DNA from: Candidatus Jacksonbacteria bacterium RIFCSPLOWO2_02_FULL_44_20
GTDB lineage: Bacteria > Patescibacteriota > Patescibacteriia > UBA9629
Reading direction: 5' to 3'
NCBI GenBank assembly: GCA_001818155.1
Contig: MHJU01000036.1
Coordinates: 3,615 to 67,614 of the forward strand
DNA length: 64,000 nucleotides
The notes beneath the pieces were generated by a model. That model was not told where the DNA came from. It saw only the letters and a program-made list of their open reading frames with translations, and made no database searches. Positions 62,201 to 64,000 of the stretch are shown in pieces; the first letter of the stretch is position 1; the number at the start of each line of letters is the position of its first letter. The position numbers were made by a program, and so were the translations under genes.

Positions 62201-64000
62201 AGAGGACGGAGCCGTTGTTGCGGGGCTGTACTATGAACGCGCTGTTACAATCGCAGAGGATTTGGATATTTCGGAAACCGATATTGATGTATCAAGCGCA
62301 TCAACGCTTCCCGCAAGCGGGACGATTTTGGTTGACAATGAAATTATTTCTTACACCGGAAAGAGCGGAAATACGCTCACAGGCGGCACACGCGCCGCAG
62401 AGTCGTCAAAGGCGGCTGTCCACTCAAACGGAGCGAACGTGTGGGTGAAGGCGGTAACGGTTTCTGGAAACGTTGGCACAATTACCGGCGTTAACGGAAC
62501 TCCTTCAGCGAAAAGTGTGACATGGACCGCGAATACCGATATAGACGGCGTGTACGATGCGACGTTTTCAATCCGCGTTGCCGGAAACGACGGAAACGCG
62601 GCAAATCAAGTTGGATACGCAACGTCCTCTGATTTCGTGCTGGATACAAAGGATCCGATTGTTGATACGTTCACGGTTGACGCAAGCGCAAATTCCGGCT
62701 CAACTGATGTTACCGCAACGCTTACCATTACAAAAACCGATGATTCAACCGCGACTATGAGCATTGCAAATGATTCAGGGTCAGTCGGGACAACGTACAG
62801 CGCCTTTGCGTCTCCGACCACCTGGTCGCTTGACACAATAACAAGTACGCAAAAAACAGTGTATCTTAAACTCAAAGACGCGAAAGGCAATACATCTACG
62901 ACCGCAAGCGCGAAAACTCCGGTAACGCCCACTAGTTTGAGTGTTGTTGATACCTCAAACGTCGGCACCGGCGACTATCGTCTGTTCCTCTCGTGGAAAA
63001 AAGCCGAAGCGACTGACGTTCCGGCGTTTTCTTCATACAAAGTGTACCGCAAAACCGGAAGCGGCGGCGCTTATTCCGGCTCCGGCGTTTTTACGCTTGT
63101 GTCAACAATCAGCGCTATTAACACAAACTACTTTATCAATACAAACATTGACGGGACCAATCCGATTACGCAAGATACGCAATACGATTATTTTGTGATA
63201 ACGCAATCCACTGACGGAAACATTTCATACAGGTCAGGCGGCATCTGCGGTATACCAAACGGAGCGGCCGATTGCGCTGAAGGAGGCGGAGGCGACGACA
63301 CAACAGCTCCGACTATCATATTTACAGAAACGAGCGGAGAAGGAACGCCATCTAATTCGCGCGTTACAATTACCTTCCAGACTTATGATTTGCCCGCGGC
63401 GCCAGGCACAATTCGCGACGCGAAAATTGATTACGGCACATCAAGCGGCGTGTTTACGCTTTCGCAGGGCATCCCGACAGCAACCAGCGGCACAAGCGCG
63501 TCCGCCCCGGCAACGCGCGCCGTTACTCTTGAAGGGCTCTCCGGAAGCACGACGTATTATTACCGTATCAACGCGCGAGACGCCGCGGGAAATATCGGAA
63601 CAGACGACAACAGCGGAGCCGGCTATACGTTTACAACAACAAACGAGCCCGGATCAATCATTTCAAATGTGCAGTCAATTCTTATTAATTCCACAACGAT
63701 TAAAATTACATGGACAACAGACAAAGTCGCAAGTTCGCAGGTTGTATACGCGACAAACTCCGGGCTTACCGGATCAACTAGTTTTCCGGTTTCCCCGAGC
63801 GATTCAGACACCAATCATGAAGTGCAGATTACTGGCTTGACGGCCGGGACAACGTATTATTATAAAGCGAGGTCGGTTGACGCAAACAACAACACCAGCG
63901 ACAGCGCGGTGTACAGTTTCACAACAGCGGACACGGCGGCGCCTGCAATATCTCAAGTTGCCGCAACAAACGTTACCCACAGTTCCGCGACCATTACCTT
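53232..64000 (+). CDS. Giant secreted/surface protein, partial: at least 3,589 aa with no stop before the window end. Signal peptide, then an E/P-rich disordered spacer, then a parallel beta-helix (PbH1/NosD-like) repeat region, then Ig/FN3-like C-terminal domains.
   Basis: I read frame 0 (codon starts divisible by 3) continuously from the ATG at 53232 to 64000 with no stop, which agrees with the ORF track showing no frame-0 breaks. N-terminus MKQFRKAIVLTLLIGLIFQQFFLLPQALLAQ. EPxPE-rich low-complexity to about 54700. Repeated NxxIxxNxxxGI beta-helix turns, for example NNDIYSNTGDGIDVAGDAWTMYGNAVNGNVIGIAVSGG. FN3-like C-terminal units (GLSGSTTYYYRINARDAAGN; ITGLTAGTTYYYKARSVDANNN). Confidence 0.7.
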   Translation, partial: MKQFRKAIVLTLLIGLIFQQFFLLPQALLAQESPAPEISSEPDQTQLTPAEAQESEQPEAPPVETEPQVEPAPESEPTVEVAEPSEQRESTEQTEPQTVPEEQTVEEPVLPVAEEDQVSTEPIPTEPEPQIIEDLSSIGAKEGLAGESEPQTITVLQEDENITVVGKIAGETVAQSNREGLGILKGDIAGRPEEVFFFEEQGVKKQVVDLSELIKKEQAPAPETPSAGEISDSAVTKGGEGIVLEEVVKREESGNAVSVNVEDITVVKKEEGFFQKLSDTIFGGKKDNPKEERVQLEVTSNGEVKLISAENVEGDEKLEIEYSYGSYTKSFEVSFVPMTLDAPFTVSEFSEGELEKAVNRVLDVEAEAPEPLQSEAIEPQTSEPPVETIPVIEPIEPTVSEIIPEQSPETVPLITEPVEPPVSEPTPPIEDVIESQPAVAPSEEPHVTSETVQSAPPEDEVIVPVELPEEGAVQGARVQNFDTGEGTGIVNRIKRFFQSFLFGAAPARAQNGMQTVQTFQVKLKTATVKGEQTFQILPNGLVYLYHGSSIEAISRPRFQYQGTSGWNDFAITNASQGTQTTGATATHLIQYTTSEGDIITLKYDFGLQNNQIFKKQTWTISGDKTVRVLWETLFRAGSFAQKELAVSTLNESGSRTRLYGDIVIDTSDYKGNVAIEEDKPANIVRVYFEKDGAQAPLTIDPSFSVVTGDQFIEVVTPDFQSPGSATGWKIRFNRLKGGGIDQYFSNSLNNGGTNISSSTKPIFNIVYTSNIFKDLSQTQAYSMQVIERGATRLRVRALANLGNDALTITYTVYLAGQIFIDIQNVLEDGSIAGQNGVFQLNQSYAGYQQGYDITDAAHNAVAIDSIEADTALVPFVASDVAGVATNVSEEEEDYIQVALGTAINAMYANGNTATNQFLLSLTPPYEGGAGGGLALAALAADYQSPDSLTPFTIGAYQGYNNKEGAYEMTAIEDKIKFQMNGADTPRFYPIFKIANWQNANLAAVYAELDNGEIKQDLDYILTFVNGDPNTHTLIFQYLEPLTDARTFYIDPTCTSNATGNWSAAGTWQSCDPNTTDSVTIASGHVVTMNQDVTVDTIYIQQGTLKFDTTARTLTVNEDGVSNTGLIQVGNAAGSNDATFECTGPTSGVHTIKLVTNAGTNPSVGIEVETDGLLNIQGTSSANQNCVVKNDGVTTDGTKNGYIYLKDGSETLIKNAEISYLGTNATTKYGISAVDVDGNTSGEGLIIEGSNVHNNYIGLAFESGSTYLAANRNVFRLSSDDAIKSLATTDDFNIITNNDIYSNTGDGIDVAGDAWTMYGNAVNGNVIGIAVSGGPNYIYNNTLNGNSNDGIAVTGGTGTVIKNNLITINSAEGIDNDGTSTTISTNYYYNNTTATCTTAGAACGDTTATGSGTIPNYVSTTGGNADFLYVSSDSAALGPGLNIFADTAPGTVNVGGRLDYVKNTTDNEEFNWLQQAHDDSSLGAGDTVTAYAVNVASDTVAGNITEVSSIASTYYTVRFDVAEATVVADNDHEGFYAYFTSGANRGRYYLITDSDENTTDTLTVLSEQAATTFTAGDGFTVVDRVYARAGGGANCTGNTANLCLLADGGASTLITWNTNGTVIVDAQNTRTYGIYLNRSNHVRLDGFIVQNAVTHGISGNTATTPVHLANIVAAYNTRDGVSVSWNGWVMSDTITFSNGWAGIGSAAGDFDSSYVINPVSFRNSQNGISNGQGPNNTVVGAKLFGNTSNGWIVDKNSGGTSIKNSFVFSNPNNIKFSDWASNTNNKVVNNTVVGGATDGIFIVASMPAAVIRNNVIAYNAQDGLDDDSGATSETYNYFYGNGENIDGGGAIGTGSLSVTDPGFYSEVSAVVLAAGATTTTVDVTGTQAWTENQWVGAGLTFTGGSCNIAANTWFGITSNSKEMLFFAPAASAVPNTSCTGVITNFYIANTTSATTPLGQGARHDGATEPGTVNMGARLGYVLNDDQASADIKHNWLQDAHDHANVNAGDTITTYTVNEVSDTLGSTLTDNGPYLTLDAATSTTIAAADDYIGFYMYMTSGTNRGKYYLIIDSTTGTPDTISIAATDGTSLNTTGFNPGDGFTIVDRVYARDSGESTNCTGTENLCLSKAGNSNGTAPITWTTSGAVVIDSAGVRSYSIDIAGADYNIVNGFTVIGGLLDGIRLTNVNNSRYANLTVARNTGMGINDGAGNQDNLFETNTVFSNTSHGIGGINQSFVNGNTVYGNSGRGIDVSGTSAVYNNNLYANADSVFMAGADNTIRGNKILRDTQSGIVFSGSATSSAITNNLLLANTTNGIAASSYSGSNNAIRNNIITNTGTGINLSLHATDVSNFNYFYSNTTNVVGGEGAQSLPASGGAGGTDPNYSFDVSATNVTAGSTGEIDLTGTQNWTANQWAGYGLTFIDGTSVCDSDVKNKWFGITANGAEWIAYSPTPADASTITNCAAKITNFALPSVSTTTPLGGGANHAGTAAKVNMGTRLEYVENSDGTRNNGIQNANDAGATGAGDTLTVYAVDEVTSGTVFSAADSGPYVTLTLSTDSIAANDDYIGMYMYMTSGTNASKYYLIIDSATVAGPADTIAINTSATTGFAASDTFNIIDRVYSTTGYTSGATTANARFTKDGSSGSPITWNAVASNTVLIDASGKTYGFYGDTDGTNGLKYNNFQTAGTFTFLNVSNGANLYQGGFGFNTTSVVHDHINWGGATDASTIFTGQYISKIIDMTQADPVYGNLVWTQNATAGTSDVVMHTRSTDTANGSDIGTKTFVGPDGTANTSYSTETGEAIADAHNTHQYFQYRATLTTTSSNTLPELTSTSVSQEAELTSSPFNTQAAETLFNDVVWTESDGASGTIPSGTDVRIQVRSAPDSSGAPGTWTSWCGPNDGVSGSCTSTTYFTDSTGATEALDDILIDATSDQWIQYKILFIQPSTNKPYLNDITLQYVVNTAPTVSVTSASQGSDGVVTVAYSLSDSEEQGEDGAVVAGLYYERAVTIAEDLDISETDIDVSSASTLPASGTILVDNEIISYTGKSGNTLTGGTRAAESSKAAVHSNGANVWVKAVTVSGNVGTITGVNGTPSAKSVTWTANTDIDGVYDATFSIRVAGNDGNAANQVGYATSSDFVLDTKDPIVDTFTVDASANSGSTDVTATLTITKTDDSTATMSIANDSGSVGTTYSAFASPTTWSLDTITSTQKTVYLKLKDAKGNTSTTASAKTPVTPTSLSVVDTSNVGTGDYRLFLSWKKAEATDVPAFSSYKVYRKTGSGGAYSGSGVFTLVSTISAINTNYFINTNIDGTNPITQDTQYDYFVITQSTDGNISYRSGGICGIPNGAADCAEGGGGDDTTAPTIIFTETSGEGTPSNSRVTITFQTYDLPAAPGTIRDAKIDYGTSSGVFTLSQGIPTATSGTSASAPATRAVTLEGLSGSTTYYYRINARDAAGNIGTDDNSGAGYTFTTTNEPGSIISNVQSILINSTTIKITWTTDKVASSQVVYATNSGLTGSTSFPVSPSDSDTNHEVQITGLTAGTTYYYKARSVDANNNTSDSAVYSFTTADTAAPAISQVAATNVTHSSATIT
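57560..61250 (+). repeat. Three in-frame tandem copies of a module of about 1.55 kb (about 520 aa) inside the giant ORF.
   Basis: Recurring blocks at about 57570, 59130 and 60700 (TAPGTVNVGGRLDYV, TEPGTVNMGARLGYV, AAKVNMGTRLEYV) and at about 57820, 59380 and 60930 (GFYAYFTSGANRGRYYLITDS, GFYMYMTSGTNRGKYYLIIDS, GMYMYMTSGTNASKYYLIIDS, each followed by DGFT.VDRVYAR). Confidence 0.55.

Noticed and set aside
53232-64000. Many short ORFs on the minus strand and in plus frame 1 inside the giant gene (for example 57349..57552, 58250..58735, 62606..62968, 63385..63840)
   Set aside because: They are alternative-frame or antisense ORFs within one long uninterrupted frame-0 coding region.

Overview
This 64 kb window reads as a chromosomal segment from a small-genome bacterium that is probably Patescibacteria/CPR-like. 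That placement is inference from gene content: small housekeeping proteins, a class I DhnA-type aldolase, an archaeal-type PGI/PMI, a CarS-like lipid gene, a 16S gene not followed by 23S and carrying primer-site substitutions, and very large surface proteins. I called 9 tRNAs, one 16S rRNA gene, about 55 CDSs, one IS element with perfect 25-bp terminal inverted repeats, and several promoters and terminators. Housekeeping blocks include infB, glgP, lgt, pyrD/pyrK, rpsO-pnp, pgk, efp, rpsF-ssb-rpsR, gyrA, recA, clpP, rpmH-rnpA, dnaN, ftsK and fbaB-like aldolase.

The accessory content worth a second look is:
- a HicB / HicA pair at the tRNA-Gly, split by an AT-rich ORF that has its own promoter and terminator;
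- a tRNA-Ile with a UAU anticodon;
- an IS1-like element inserted between yraN and tRNA-Ala;
- an ECF sigma / anti-sigma(PKD) module followed by two large secreted PKD/IPT proteins;
- a RelE/Phd-like TA pair;
- a giant signal-peptide ORF of at least 3,590 aa and over 10.7 kb that runs off the window end, with a triplicated ~520-aa beta-helix module and FN3 C-terminal domains, preceded by a lipoprotein and a single-domain response regulator.

I found no CRISPR array and no reverse transcriptase/DGR. All protein assignments come from reading the translations for motifs, with no database searches.
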